Assembly (NCBI GenBank): GCA_037200925.1
Contig: JBBCGO010000001.1
Span: 888,235 to 952,234, forward strand
Reading direction: 5' to 3'
Source: Candidatus Doudnabacteria bacterium
GTDB lineage: Bacteria; Patescibacteriota; Doudnabacteria; UBA920; O2-02-FULL-48-8
DNA: 64,000 bases
Below, piece after piece: positions 63,881 through 64,000 of this stretch (position 1 is the stretch's first letter; every line of letters starts with the position of its first letter). Under the pieces are notes generated by a model that saw only the letters and a list, made by a program, of their open reading frames with translations, was not told the DNA's origin and ran no database searches. The position numbers and the translations under genes are program-made.

Positions 63881-64000
63881 TAATTATTGCTCATGCCAGA
63901 ATATCAGATAGTCTGGCCGGAGGGGTTCGACCCCGGCAAATACCCGGTTCATAGTTACAACCAGCTGTTTATTCCGGCCTCAGCGGAAGATATTTGGCGA

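Noticed and set aside
1-64000. Search for CRISPR arrays, transposases, IS elements, integrases and rRNA genes.
   Set aside because: None found. There are no regularly spaced short repeats and no DDE, RNase-H-like or tyrosine-recombinase motifs among the ORFs. The only att-like signal is the tRNA-Ser 3' duplication.

Overview
This 64-kb window reads as chromosomal DNA from a small-genome bacterium with mid-to-low G+C and mostly weak or absent Shine-Dalgarno (SD) sites. A CPR/Patescibacteria-like organism is an inference only. The evidence is a gatCAB operon, a T4SS-like PrgI/VirB4 cluster, pilin-like small proteins and many small membrane proteins.

Housekeeping content:
- Replication and repair: dnaE, clpC, recX, recG (frameshifted), miaA, thrS.
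- Translation: prfA-prmC, rpmE, rpsB-tsf, rplJ, rplL, rpmG, gatCAB, L25, HU, cspA.
- Cell envelope and stress: htpX, lemA, mltG, an MsbA-like ABC exporter, a two-component pair.
- Cell division: mraZ-rsmH-ftsL-ftsI-murF and an FtsW/RodA-family gene.
- Eight tRNA genes: Arg-GCG, Ser-UGA, Ser-GCU, Thr-UGU, Tyr-GUA, Thr-GGU, Trp-CCA, Glu-CUC.

The most unusual content is a set of three G+C-enriched islands whose genes use AGGAGG SD sites, unlike the host genes:
- about 35.9-38.4 kb: an operon of five unrecognisable membrane proteins with its own consensus promoter;
- about 17.5-18.0 kb: an orphan RNA-polymerase alpha-CTD-like protein;
- about 7.3-8.1 kb: a decayed, ORF-less remnant.
Two of these islands share a perfect 22-nt palindrome.

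Further observations:
- A MITE/RPE-like palindromic repeat family occurs at three loci, including an in-frame 25-codon insertion in prmC.
- A structured leader of about 120 nt is triplicated upstream of rplJ, rplL and tRNA-Glu, with compensatory hairpin changes.
- The 3' end of tRNA-Ser(GCU) is duplicated as a 24-nt direct repeat around a 134-bp G+C-rich insert.
- The window opens with a conjugation/T4SS-like module: PIN, PrgI-like, split VirB4, a putative cell-wall hydrolase and a TolB-like protein.
- A VirB2/TrbC-like pilin candidate sits between gatA and gatB.
- The mraZ promoter carries GTGG repeats at 10-bp periodicity.

No CRISPR arrays, rRNA genes or transposases were seen.
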